Assembly: GCA_907165135.1 (NCBI GenBank)
Contig: OU015567.1
Location: forward strand, 9,858,001 to 9,922,000
DNA length: 64,000 bases
Origin: Oikopleura dioica
Taxonomy: Eukaryota; Animalia; Chordata
Direction of reading: 5' to 3'
Under the pieces are notes generated by a model. That model did no database searches. It saw only the letters and a list, made by a program, of their open reading frames with translations, and was not told the DNA's origin. Made by a program: the position numbers and the translations under genes. This document shows positions 27,295 through 38,715 of this stretch, one piece after another (position 1 is the stretch's first letter; each line of letters starts with the position of its first letter).

Positions 27295-29178
27295 CTTTAC
27301 AATCATTTAAAAAACGCCGATCGGTTTTCCGAAGAATTTTACCATTACAGAGGTAGATATTTTTTGATCAATTAATAGATAAAAGCCTTCTCTACAATCC
27401 TTATGGAAAAAATCTTCGAAATCTCTTCAATTTTTCATTCTAGGGCCATGTTAGTGCTGGCACCTGAGGATAAAAATGCGCGTGGACGCGCTGCGCGGAG
27501 TGCTATCCTCCAGGCCAAAAAGAGAGCGCTGTTGGCGAGCGTGTGAGTCAAGCGATTCATCGCGCTCTGATTGGCCGCGTGGATCTCAAGCGTCAGTCTA
27601 TTAACAAAAGAGTTTGAAAAGAAGAGAGAACTATAATCGTAATTTAGACAATTTCTTGACATTTTTTCCATAGGGATCATAGAATATGCTTTACTTAATA
27701 ATATTGTCGGATTTTTTTTGCCTCAGAGCTTCCAGTTTTCTCGGAAAACCGATCGCCGATTTTTGAATTATTCTAGAGCAAATAATTACTAGAGAAAAGT
27801 ATTTTTTGATGGCATTCTTGAATTCTTTAGGAGAAAACAAGTATGTTTGCCCTTTAAATTTTTGAAATCGACCAAGGGAAGTCCGTTTTCCAGTGAGGCC
27901 AAAAGAGAGGTTATAGCCTTAAAGCTCTCCAGAAGATTTTTCCTCAGGTGGTGAAATCGCCTTTATAGGATGGATATTATTTGAAATTCTGCAAGAAACT
28001 CTTTTAATAATAATCATTTTATAAATTCGAAAAACTTGTTTTTATCACACAAATTTCATTTCGGAGCAGTTTCAGCAGGAGTTTGCACCTTTCGACGGGA
28101 GCGTTTGATCTAAAAGTCGACTATTCAGGGCGCTAAAAAAGACTACGAATTGGGAATTGAAATTTTTGCGCTAAAAATAGAATGAGGGTAGCATCCGCAG
28201 TTCGTTCTAGCTGTTTTCAGAGTGACAAACAGGTTCACAGGCAGCTGAAAAGTTAGATTTTGATTTTTTTGAGAAAATGGAGAATGATAAGGAAGAAAAG
28301 TCGCATAGAAAAATATTGAAAATGACACCGATTCCAGCACCTTCTGTGTTTGCTACAGCCAATAATCTTGAATAAATGGGTCAAAAGTGGCTTTTGTCTA
28401 TGAATTTTTATAAAACATGTAAGAAAAATTGGTGGTACTGTCGAAAACCCTCTCCGTTTTTTTACCTTCCAGGATCACTAACTGTAGATTCAAAATCAAA
28501 AGAGGCGATTTTCTGGAAATTAGATTTTCTGGCATATTAGATTTTCTGGCAGTGCCAGAAAATCGCCTTTGCCAGAAAGTCTAACTGCCAGAAAGTCTAA
28601 CTGCCAGAAAATCGCCTCTCTCTATTGTTGGAGCTTTTTTTATTAGTTTACCAACGAGGATCTTCAAGTAGAAGGCTTTGGTTGGAACTTGAAATATTCA
28701 GATAAAGTGCTGAAACTAAAGAACTCAGGTAAATTGGGAAAGTCTATCATTTATCGAGATTTATAGATGGCAATGTTCGAATAATAGCAGTTTGCGATCA
28801 TCATTACATGCCATCGATACATTATAACTTCCGTAAATGTACTGAATCGAATGCTTATTGCGAGGAAACGGCCACCGATGAAAATGGATATCAAGTGCTT
28901 CGTCTCAACTCGAATTTTGACAAGTCTAAATATAAATATGGTGCCAGACATTACTACACCTTCAATGTGGAAATTTTGTAAACCTTTATTCTTTCTATCT
29001 CAATACATTCGTCTGCAATTTATTTATTCATTTATGACAGGTTGTGTGCAAGAACTGTTTCATTTTGCAGCGCCACCAAAGGGCACAGTCCCGAAAACAA
29101 CAAAGATTTTTCTCATAAGGTCACCAACAAATTCGATAAGTCTGAGAATTCGTGCCGGAAGCAATTATTGTGGGTAGA

Positions 29179-29759
29179 ATGTCAAAGTTTCCTGGGTATC
29201 AGATTGAAAAGGTAAGCATTTTTGGAAAGAATTGTCCTGCAACGAGTGATAAGGTAGCAATTACCAAGCCACTGATGGAGAAAAGAAGACGGGAACGGAT
29301 GAATAAAGCGTTGAATGAAATGAAGAATATTTTACTAGAGACGATGGGACGCGAGGTAAAAACTTGTCTAAGAACTTTGAGGAAAAAACTGTCTAGATAA
29401 CGTGCCATTCAAAGCTAGAAAAAGCGGATATCCTTGAAAACGCAGTTGATTATCTCAAACTTTTACGCGACGTGTACGGCATCCTTCCTGGTGCTCCTCT
29501 AGCGCAGTGCATACGTGAGCGACAACAAGGTCATCTTTCGATAAACCCCAGGCTCATCCCAGTCGTGCACCCAGTACCTCTCTCAACTCAATTGCCACTC
29601 ATCAGGCCTTCAAATTTTCCCTTGGTGAATTCTAGCCACGTAACAACTCGCCGCACTCAAGAAAAAATCATCTGCGAATCTTCAGATTCTTCTGAATCAA
29701 TAAGTACAAGTAGCTCTTCTAGTTGCGAACCATTCCGACCATGGCTTTTGAACAAGTAG
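29179..29759 (+). CDS. hes: Hairy/Enhancer-of-split (Hes) family bHLH repressor
   Basis: KPLMEKRRRERMNKALNEMK...intron...SKLEKADILENAVDYL bHLH with the basic-region Pro. C-terminal FRPW (WRPW-like). AATAAA at ~29800. Confidence 0.9.
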
Positions 29760-31096
29760 AGACATTATTTTTATTCGCACATCTTTATATATATTTTTCA
29801 ATAAAACACGAAAAGAGATACTCTTTCATGATTTCCATGCAGAAAGTTTGATGAATACCGTAGCTGCCCGAGATACAGGTGTAAGTTTGCTTTTCTATTG
29901 AAAGTGCATTAGCAGGGGCCCTTTGAAGTCGATAAACAGAGGCACCAGAAGCGAGTCAAAGCAGGAAACAGTTCGGACAAACATGCTCAACAGGCACGCA
30001 GATTTAGGGAGACAGAGTTTGACTTTTCAACTGAACAAACCCCGTTTGATCATTTCATTGCCGCATAAGTAGCCGTGATACCATGTTTGCTTAGGCTGGA
30101 TAGACACAATCTGCGGAGAACTGCCTGTTACGTTTGGAACGTGCCGTAAAACTCAGAGTTCTTTCACTCCAAATTACTGTATTATTACCGTGAAACTGTT
30201 TCTTTCAAAGGTGGAAGCAGTTCTTTCCAAGTTTTCGGGACTATATGAAAAATTTTAATAGATCGCTCAACTTCTTTAAACTATTAGCAGATTATTTCGA
30301 AGCCTAAGGGTACGTTATTTGATTTAAAGATAACATAAATAACCCATGATGTTTTCAAGTCATTTCTCCCCATCAATATTATTTTACATATAAAAGGAAG
30401 AAAACACATTAATTTCATCCTTCCCCCCTAGAGACACTTGTATCGACAGCTGTCTCCCAAAAAGTCTGAATTTTAAATCGATTCCCAATGAAATATCGTT
30501 AAATTTCCCTTTCTGTAGACGCCTACAGCGATATGTGATATGTATTGATCCTTGTCAGGGAGCCAAGGGGAGGCTGTGAATCCAAGTTGCGAAGAACGGT
30601 TAACGCTGCTCGGTTCCAAATTGTTTTTCTATCGCTTTTATATTTTCATTGAAGATGGCGCTTTGTTAGTGAGAAGAATTTTTATCAAAGAGATCTTGAA
30701 GGAAACGCAAGAGGTTATTTTGAAGAAAAAATGGACGAAAAGTACTTTGGTAACTTACAATGATAACTTACGATGAGCAATCAAGGGATAAGCCATAATG
30801 AGTGAACATTCACGGATAAGCCGTCAGGGATAAGCTTTAAATGATGAGCCATCCGCTTATTGCTTTTATACGATGACCATCTAGCCGGAGGCAATTTGAG
30901 GTTGTCTCCCCACTGCAGACTCATTGTGCTCATTACCGCCCTCTTTCTCAACGTGGTCGAAAATAGTAACTTGTTCGATTTTAAGAATGGTTCGGTTTAT
31001 AATGGTTTGGTCTACCTCAAGAGTTCTGATTGGTCAGGATTGAAAATTTGGAGTGTTTTCATTGGCTAAAGTGAACATTGCGTAGGTGTTTGAACC

Positions 31097-31105
31097 TATA
31101 TAAGT
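31097..31105 (+). promoter_or_regulatory. TATA box upstream of the transposase
   Basis: CTATATAAG ~70 bp before the ATG, with ATTGG (CCAAT) boxes at ~31009 and ~31061. Confidence 0.45.
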
Positions 31106-31172
31106 CGACGTTTTTGAAGTTTTCATCATTTTTACAAGAGAGCACCTAAGAGAAAGACGAAAACGACGAAAA

Positions 31173-33807
31173 ATGGTTTTGTGCAAGCCCACCACGAACG
31201 ATCTCTCCGCTTCTTATTTTCCAGGAGAGCCAATTACGTCTGATGAATTTTTCAAGGTGCTTGGGAAGACGAAAGATCAGGTAGATCAAGAACTCGATGC
31301 AGAAGCCCTTTCTCGACAGCTCAAGAAAGGGTTAGCCGCGTGCAAGAATGTTGTTGAAGCAACGCTCCAGGGCTATGTCAAGACCTTTTTGACTCGCTAC
31401 GGACAATCGCGTATGGAAAACGGTGGTTGGCCGCTCCCTCCATCCAAGAAGTCAAAGGAACACAAGCGCAACGTCGCTCTCGTCACCAAGTTCCTGAAGA
31501 ACTCGTCTGAGTACACTGGTTTTTGTCTCATCGTCTATGCAGAGGAGATTCCGGAAGAGAAAAAACCTCGTCTTGAGCTGTAAGTGGTCCTTTCTTAGAT
31601 TTTTTCTCTTTGCGTCCCTCCATAATACTCATGATTTCTTTAGAGAGCCTGCTTCTTCAATCATCGATGTTGAAATGGCGACCGATTATCAGCAGGAGGC
31701 GATCAATTTCATTCGATCATTTGATGCTTTTGGCAAGGAAGATTACGAAAAGCTTGTCGAAGCGCTCAGACATCGCCGGCAGAATACAACCGAAGCAGTC
31801 ACCACCTCCTTGTCTCAACTTTCGACGTCTGAAACGCCCGCGTCTCAAGCACCTTCGTCTCAAGCAGCCCCATCTCAAGCGTCAACAAGCTCAGAATATC
31901 TTCCTGCAGTAGGTGGACGCAACTACGAACGTGTCGAAGATGATGTGATCGCGAAAGCACGACTTGTACGAGGCTGTGTCGAATTGAACGTCTCGAGCCG
32001 CTCGATGATCGCTATCGCAGAAATGTACGGCTTTCCTTCCGTCACCGATCGAACGGCTCGCATTTGGATTGGCGCAACTGAACGACTCCATAGCGAACAC
32101 CTCCTTGAAGTCATTCGCCTTGACAAGCCGTTTGGACTTGGCTTTGACGGGTCCAAGCTGGCCATGCAGAAGTATGAAGTTGTAACTGTTCTCGTCCCAG
32201 GTGAGCAGAACTTCTGCATGGCGATGCTTCCGGTGGCAACGGAGAATGTCGACATTGTGATGAACGCCTTCACCAAGCTGTTCGACTCTCTTCCGGCCGA
32301 TCTTCAGACGACATTTGCGAAGAATTGCAAATTTCTGATCAACGATAACGCCGCTGTGGCAAAATCGATTGCAAAGAAGGTGGATGCGTTTTTATCGACG
32401 AAGTATAGTCTCACGCGAGAGCATCTAACTTGCTCGATGCATTCTGCCATGCACCTTGAACGCACGTTGGAGGCATCTCTTGTCGACGAAGCATCCCGCT
32501 GCTATGTCTTGATGAAGGGTCTTCTCACCACTAGCCGCACACATGGATACCAAGGTAGCCTGGGAAACAAATTTCAGTTGTTTCTTGAAGGTGTTAAAAT
32601 TAAAAGACGCCTCGACATCCCAATCACGCCGTTTCAACTGGAGCAGAACATCCGATTTGGTGTTTTCTACCGTAATGCCGCTGTCGGATGCGTTACTTAC
32701 GATTTGATCGTTGAGTTTTTGGCTCTCGAAGGCAAGGAAAAAGAGGCCGAAATCGTGAAGAATGCCAAGCCAGTCTACATTCCTGAGCTTGTGAGTGTGC
32801 ACCTCCTTTGGAATCATCTTTGCCTCTTCTTTTGGACAGAGACGGCGAAGGAAGCGACGCTCGATGAATACAAGAAGCTCATCAAAACGTTTCAAGAGAC
32901 TGTCGAGCTTGTACGAGACGCTGCATGCCCAGCACTGTTTCTAACTTCTGAGGGCAATCCGATGAAGCGCACCGGAGATAATGGGATTCCCGGCTTTTCT
33001 CAGCTTCTCAACTCGATTCTTGACGATGAAAGTGGGGCTGCTGATTTGAATGAGCGAATTCGACGAAAGCTCGACCCTCTCCTTGCCACTTTCAGCCGTT
33101 TCGAGCAGCTTCCGAAGGAAGATATTCAGGTAAGCGATACTTTTCATCTTTCTCTTACACAGAGTCAGCAGTACCTTATACATCTTTTTAGGGCCTTGTT
33201 GCGTTGACAAATGTTCATGCTGAACGCTGCTTCAGCATTGCCAAGGACACCTTTGTCTCGAAGTTCAACTCAACAAAGCTCGCCTCCGTCTTCTGCTGCC
33301 GAATTAATTCAACTCTGAGCCACTTCATGGACGATGAGGAGACTCTACGTCGCTGCTTCCGAGGACTCTATGCAGATGAAAAGCGGCGCTCCGATGTAAG
33401 GAAGTCTGCCCACGCTGCTGCGGTGAGCGAAATGATGGAGACCATCGACAAAGAGGCAAGTCTTAAGGCTCGTCTCCAAGGGCTTACAGAACTTGCGGTT
33501 GCACTTGATGCACTACCAAAGGATGCTTCGAAGGTAAAAGAGGACTTTTTGGTTTCATGAAACTAACCTCCTTCATTAGTTCGATGCTGCTTTCCAGGCA
33601 TTCACGAAGGCGAACGCAGTTGTTGCCGATTTCGGAGTCGTCACACGCGATGAAGCTTACGATTCATTCACCTCTGCGATTCGACTTAAAATGACCGATG
33701 AGCAGAAAGAGACTGCGGCGAACAAAGTCAAAGAGGCAAACAAGAAGCGCAAGCAGCATAAGAAAAGTATCTTTCTTGCTTACCATTCTGTGCTTTTCTC
33801 TGAATAA
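31173..33807 (+). CDS. hAT-superfamily transposase, 4 exons, apparently intact (~820 aa)
   Basis: Exons 31173-31579, 31644-33129, 33192-33533, 33580-33807 splice GT-AG in frame. Motifs LGFDGS (D1), INDNAA (D2), TCSMH (CxxH), IRF (RW-like) and AERCFS (E). Confidence 0.87.
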
Positions 33808-33879
33808 ATCATAGATCGCTCATATACCTTGTCTTTCGAGATTATTGTTCTTGTTTGTTGCTTGTAGAAAGTCGCTAAG

Positions 33880-34410
33880 GCCAGCTAAGGCGCTGCCTCT
33901 CCCTGTGTTGCCAAGGCTTGCGCTGAATCACACTGCAATGCGAAGCCCAGCACTGCCTCTCACTGCGTTGCCGAGCCCAGAATTGCCTCTCACTGCGTTG
34001 CCCAGCCTTGCGCTGCCTTTCACTGCGTTGCCTAGGCTTGCGCTGCTTCTCACTGCGTTGCCCAGCCTTTCGCTGCTTCTCACTGCAATGCCTAGCCGTG
34101 CGATGCCACTCGCTGCATTGATGAGCTTTACAATGCCTCGCGCTGCCTTGCCCTTCCCTGCCCTACCTTGCCCTGCTCTTCCCTGACTTGCCCTTCCATG
34201 CCTTGCCCTTCCCAGCTTTGCCCTTCTCTGCCCTGCCTTGCCCTTCACTTCTCTTCCTTACCCTTCCCTGCTTTACCCTTCTCTGCCCTGCCTTGCCCTT
34301 CCCCGCCATGCCCTGCCCTTCACTTCCCTGCCTTGCCCTTCCCTGCCTTGCCCTTCTCTGCCCTGCATTGCCTTTCCCCGCCCTGCCATGCATTGCCCTG
34401 CCTTGCCCTG
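33880..34410 (+). repeat. 30-bp minisatellite (~9 copies) grading into a CCCTG/CCTTG pentamer tract
   Basis: CACTGCGTTGCCCAGCCTTGCGCTGCCTCT-type units to ~34140, then (CCCTG/CCTTG/CCCTT)n. Confidence 0.9.
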
Positions 34411-35229
34411 GTCACGATATCAGTCGGCCGTCCCACTGATACCGGGCCAAAGCGCCTAGGACAGGGATCCCTGCTGGCGAGTTAGGCCCACCAGCAGACT
34501 TTCCTGTCAACTCACGATGCGCGTCGAAACCGATAATACGTGCGATAAAGATGTACGGACGTACGCACGTATGCGGCTTTGACCATTGTCAATGGTCCGG
34601 GCTGGTCTAGAGAGGCCAAAATTATTTTTGTCAAAAATAATTTTTCAAGGCCCTCAGAGCTTCCCCCATGTCCCCACCATGCCCGTCTCAGGCTCTTTGC
34701 GTCGCGATCCCTCGTTAGTCATTGGGATCGCGGCGCGGGAGGCATCCTCCTCTGCGCATCGCGAGTTACGCAAGGCCCCAGCGCACATGGCCAGTGTGGC
34801 CAAGGCCCGCGCAGATCCACAAGATTCCCTCAATGCCCATATTTCTTGGCGAGGAACACCTTTATGGTGTTTCGAATTTCCTTTGAAAAAGGAATTTTTA
34901 ATTTTTGACGATTTTTAAATATAAATATACAAATAAGGGAATCTTTTTGCAGAAATAAGGGTATCACTATGTTTATTAAGGGGGTGACTAAGTTTTTGAG
35001 TCAAAAATAAGAAAAACGAAAAAATACTTATTTTTGGCGTTAAAGCTATAATTTTTCTATTATTTTCATCCTTAAGGTGCGGCTTTTTGCGGCTTAAGCG
35101 CGGCTAAAAATAAAAGAAAAAAGGATCAAATAATAGCTCTAGGGCATTTTTTGAAAATAAGCCATATTTCAAGATTTAAAAAACAAAATTTCAATCGGCT
35201 CTAGAATTTTTCCGACAAAAAATTTTTCT

Positions 35230-35321
35230 CAAAATTTTTTCTGGACTTCTTAGGGCCCTAGAATTCACCCCAAAAATATCTAGCCTCGGGACCAACATCC
35301 GGAAAAAATATTCCCACCCTA
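35230..35321. mobile_element. Probable right terminus of the hAT element encoding the transposase
   Basis: Ends ...TATTCCCACCCTA (TAGGGTGGG on the minus strand), a hAT-type end. No matching left end was found. Confidence 0.45.
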
Positions 35322-35555
35322 TTGGTAAGCTAATTAATTATCCAAAGAAGAGGGAGTGAGTAGAAGTTGATTTAGATTTGAAATTGACCTTTGAACAGGG
35401 CAAGATAAGTTGACTCTGGGTTATGATCCGTCTGGAGTCCAGTTCCGCCCAAAACACCGTCTAATCGAACGACTATTAGCTCTAATATTTGCTTAGAATT
35501 CCATGAATTTTTCAGAAAGCATCATCTTCACTTTCATATTTCACTTCCATTAAAT

Positions 35556-37614
35556 ATGGCAGAGGGTCAGAGAGCTCTTGAATTTTTGAAATTTATTGAA
35601 ATTTCGTTTAGGGTTTGATTGGGTCTTTCATTTTCTACCTGCGATCACAAAATATCATTTATTACTCGTGACGTTAATTGGTTATGTTGCAACAATAGGA
35701 GGATACACTGCCGTTTTTCCCGTTTTTGCTCAATACAAACCTCCTGCCAGGTAAGCAAAAACAACTTTTTCGTTCATCCAAGGTCATTTAAGATGCCCCA
35801 CTTCACTCGACACAGAACCAAGCCTCTCATCTTTCAATTTTACATTCGATGAGATCAACGATCTTACAAAAATTCCCCAAGAACCCTTCAAAGAATGCGA
35901 ATACTACCAACTTGACTTTTCATCATGTGAAAACGACGAAAAAGATGAGTTTCTTCAGTGCGCCAAAAACTTGACAAATGATGAAACTTCTTCATGCAGC
36001 GCAGAAGAAGCAATCTTCGATACTTCTCAATTCACTTCTACAGTTCCTACTGAATTTCATATAGCTTGTGGATCACAGGTATGGCTCTGGAAAGAAGGGA
36101 AACGTCAACTCTATTAAGCTAAATGGACTGGCGACTTCTCTTTCCTTCATCGGTCTCTTCATTGGTGCCGGAACTGGTGGGTACATGTCTGATAAGTACG
36201 GAAGAAAAGTAACGATTATGGCGGGGATCTTCTTGAATGGTCTCTTCTTTTTATGCCAGGCGCTTGTTCCGGGGTATTGGGCGTTTGTCATCTTCCGCAT
36301 CTTGGTACAAGGATCAAATCAAGCTGCATACCTGACATTTACTGTTTACTGTAAGTGCGCGAAAGACTTCAATGGAGTGACTTTCTTTCAGGCTGCGAAA
36401 TTGTCGGTCCAGAAGGTCGTGCTTACACGGGAATGATCCCCAACTTCACTTTTGCGATTGGATACATGATCATGTCTTGGTTCTCGATGCTCTTCCCAGA
36501 TTGGCGAGAGCTTACTCTATTCATCACAGCGCTGACATTCCCTTTTCTTCTGACATGGTGGTTGTGGCCGGAATCCCCTCGATATCTCTACCAATCTGGA
36601 AAATATGAAGAAGCAGAGAAAGTAATGAAGCACTTCTTTAGAAAATGTGGTATAACCTGGGACTCTGAAGAAGCCGCATTACTGGTCAATACAGAAGAAG
36701 CCGTTTTAGGTAAGATTTGAGCGAGAAGAACGATTACTATTTTTCAAAGAAAAACTCAAGGAAAAATGTCAGGAGAATAAGACCTCCGAAATTACCGACA
36801 CGAGCTCAGCAAAAACCTACTCGGCAATCGACCTTTTCACTTCCGGCGTTCCAATGGCCAGAACATCGCTAATCGTCTGCTACCAATTTATCGCGATCAC
36901 TTGTGCTTACTATGGACTCTCTTTCGGCGCTGGATCTTTGCCTGGAAGCGTCTTTCGTGAGAACTTGTAAAAATGACCTGATAATTATATTTATGTAAAC
37001 AGTGAACAACGTTATCAATGGTGCCGTGGAAGTGATTGCCTACGTGGTTGCCTTTTTCTTGCTGAATGTCCTAGGAAAGCTTCAAAACTGGAGAAAACTT
37101 ACGCTTCGAAATAAACTTTTGAAGCTTGAAAAGGACGAAAAGCGTTGCTGACTGGCCCGCTGGTATTTTCCGGTAGCGCAATGATAATTGGAATGCTTCT
37201 CACAAAGTTTGTCGTGGGAGCGTGGGTGTCTGAAGTTTACAGATGGTTAATGTTTGCTGGTAAGCTGGGTGTATCCTGCGCGTTTGCAGTCATTTGGATT
37301 TATGCTTCTGAATTGTTTCCAACTGTCGTCAGGTAACACTTCTATTTGCTTCAAAACGACTAGCACTAACTAGGACGAATGCAGTTGGTCTCGGATCGAT
37401 GGCTGGAAGAATAGGGGGAATCGTTTCTCCCTTTATCCTCGAAATCGGTGGCTCTATCCCCTGGCTTCCGCCCCTTATTTTCGGGACTGTCTGCATAACG
37501 GCCGGCATTTCTCTGTTACTGCTGCCAGAGACGTTGGGAATGTCAATGCTGAATACGATACCTGATGCAAATGAGTTTTACCTAAAGAAGACGAAGAAAC
37601 AATCAACAATTTGA
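35556..37614 (+). CDS. SLC22 organic cation/carnitine-type MFS transporter, multi-exon
   Basis: MAEGFDWVF start, Cys-containing extracellular loop, STVPTEF, GYMSDKYGRK, EIVGP, PESPRYL, YASELFPTVVR, GRIGGIVSP and LLPET motifs. Confidence 0.92.
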
Positions 37615-37709
37615 GAACGAATTTCTGTGAAATCGCTAAGAATCTTCTTGAATAAAATTTTCTTAGATAAAGTTTCTGAGATATTCTAAATATCAATGAT
37701 ATGCTTCGG

Positions 37710-37729
37710 TCTAGACTCTAGAGTCTAGA
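37710..37729. promoter_or_regulatory. Triple TCTAGA palindromic motif
   Basis: TCTAGACTCTAGAGTCTAGA, ~290 bp upstream of the ATG at 38018. Confidence 0.45.
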
Positions 37730-38017
37730 CCAAAAATCGAAGTGCATTTTTGAATTACCAATAAGATTGCTGTATTTGGCCTACCCGCCAATCAGAACCC
37801 TGATTGAGAAATTCACTTCCTTTTTTTGGTTCTTCCCTATTATTCAAGAAAGCTGTTATCTATTGTAACATCAAACGTGATTACTTCCGCTAGTACCGGT
37901 AGAATCTGTAATCTCAAAAGCGACTAATCTTGATTTTATCATTCGGAAGTCTGCAGATTCATCTGCACCAGGTGTTCGTAAGCTTATAAGTCTCATTTTT
38001 TTCTAAAATTCATAAAA

Positions 38018-38482
38018 ATGAGTCCAACACCAAGAAAGAACACAACTCGACGAATGCTGAAAAATAGGTATACCGGTCAAAAAGACTTCTTCGACCTCTT
38101 CAAGTTTTTTGGTCACTATGTCTACGATAAACCCCATTTCTGGATGACGTACAAGAGCCTTTCTAGCAAAGAGCACAGACGTTTGAAAAAAGAGAAGAAA
38201 ATTCCAAAGATAAAGAAAGAGCCGGAAAAGAACATGTGGGATGCCTTCGTCTTCCCGGAAATCAATCATCCTCCACCTCCATCGTACGACCCTGAAGACA
38301 ATTTGATTCGAATAGACTCCAGCATGAAACCCGAATACATGGCAGCAAAGTACGAAATTTATGCAGATGGATACTTCATGAACCTCCTCAATGCTGATGA
38401 CCGTAAAAGCAGGGAATACATGCAAATTGACTTCCTTGTCAATTTCGATGTAACCGAAGAAGAAATCAAATGGATCAACTGA
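38018..38482 (+). CDS. Hypothetical 154-aa single-exon protein
   Basis: Clean ATG-TGA ORF with an A-rich start context (ATAAAAATG) and AATAAA at ~38560. Confidence 0.65.
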   Translation: MSPTPRKNTTRRMLKNRYTGQKDFFDLFKFFGHYVYDKPHFWMTYKSLSSKEHRRLKKEKKIPKIKKEPEKNMWDAFVFPEINHPPPPSYDPEDNLIRIDSSMKPEYMAAKYEIYADGYFMNLLNADDRKSREYMQIDFLVNFDVTEEEIKWIN

Positions 38483-38715
38483 AAAATGAGTTTACCCTCA
38501 CCACTTAGTAAAGTTTACTGCACCCTCTGTCTGATCACCATTTTTACTGTTTTAAACTGAATAAATGTTCTCACAATAAATTTGTTCTTAGATTTGAGTC
38601 AGCTTTATTCAAAGAGTCGCATAAATACCTTTTGAATCCAACTTACTCAAAGTATCGCCAAATCGGACTTGAAAAAGATAAACGAAGCGCCACAAACTAC
38701 TCGCGTCGAATTGCG

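Larger units (their letters stand above)
25237..27918. mobile_element. Kolobok-like non-autonomous element (middle layer)
   Basis: TIR GGCTATAACCTCTCTTTTGGCCTC / GAGGCCAAAAGAGAGGTTATAGCC flanked by TTAA (25233-25236, 27919-27922). GG (RR) termini fit Kolobok rather than piggyBac (CC). Confidence 0.82.
24808..28622. mobile_element. Mutator/MULE-like non-autonomous element (outer layer of the nest)
   Basis: Termini GAGAGAGGCG...CGCCTCTCTC, ~295-bp TIRs with TTTTCTGGCA repeats, 9-bp TSD TATTGTTGG at 24799-24807 and 28623-28631. Confidence 0.9.
24328..28981 (+). pseudogene. Secreted coiled-coil protein gene with a frameshift; intron 2 is occupied by nested transposons
   Basis: Signal peptide MFAQILLLLFHFCSG. 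Exons ~24328-24392, 24441-24778, 28647-28728, 28768-28981 splice GT-AG in frame. Frame change with TGA at ~24671-24677. Confidence 0.55.

Noticed and set aside
25233-27922. piggyBac assignment from the TTAA TSD
   Set aside because: Termini are GG...CC, not the CC...GG typical of piggyBac; Kolobok fits better.
24760-28720. CUB-domain resemblance of VNFRFTNEDLQVEGFGWNLKY
   Set aside because: Only a short motif; the upstream sequence lacks the rest of a CUB domain.
30557-34472. CAGGGA...TCCCTG as ends of the transposase element
   Set aside because: The match is only ~6 bp and the flanks share no TSD.
33845-34485. ALP/PCP-rich ORFs
   Set aside because: Translations of 30-bp and 5-bp simple repeats.
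38400-38482. FDVTEEEIKWIN resemblance to the EPL1/BRPF YDMDEED..W motif
   Set aside because: Too short and unsupported by the rest of the protein.
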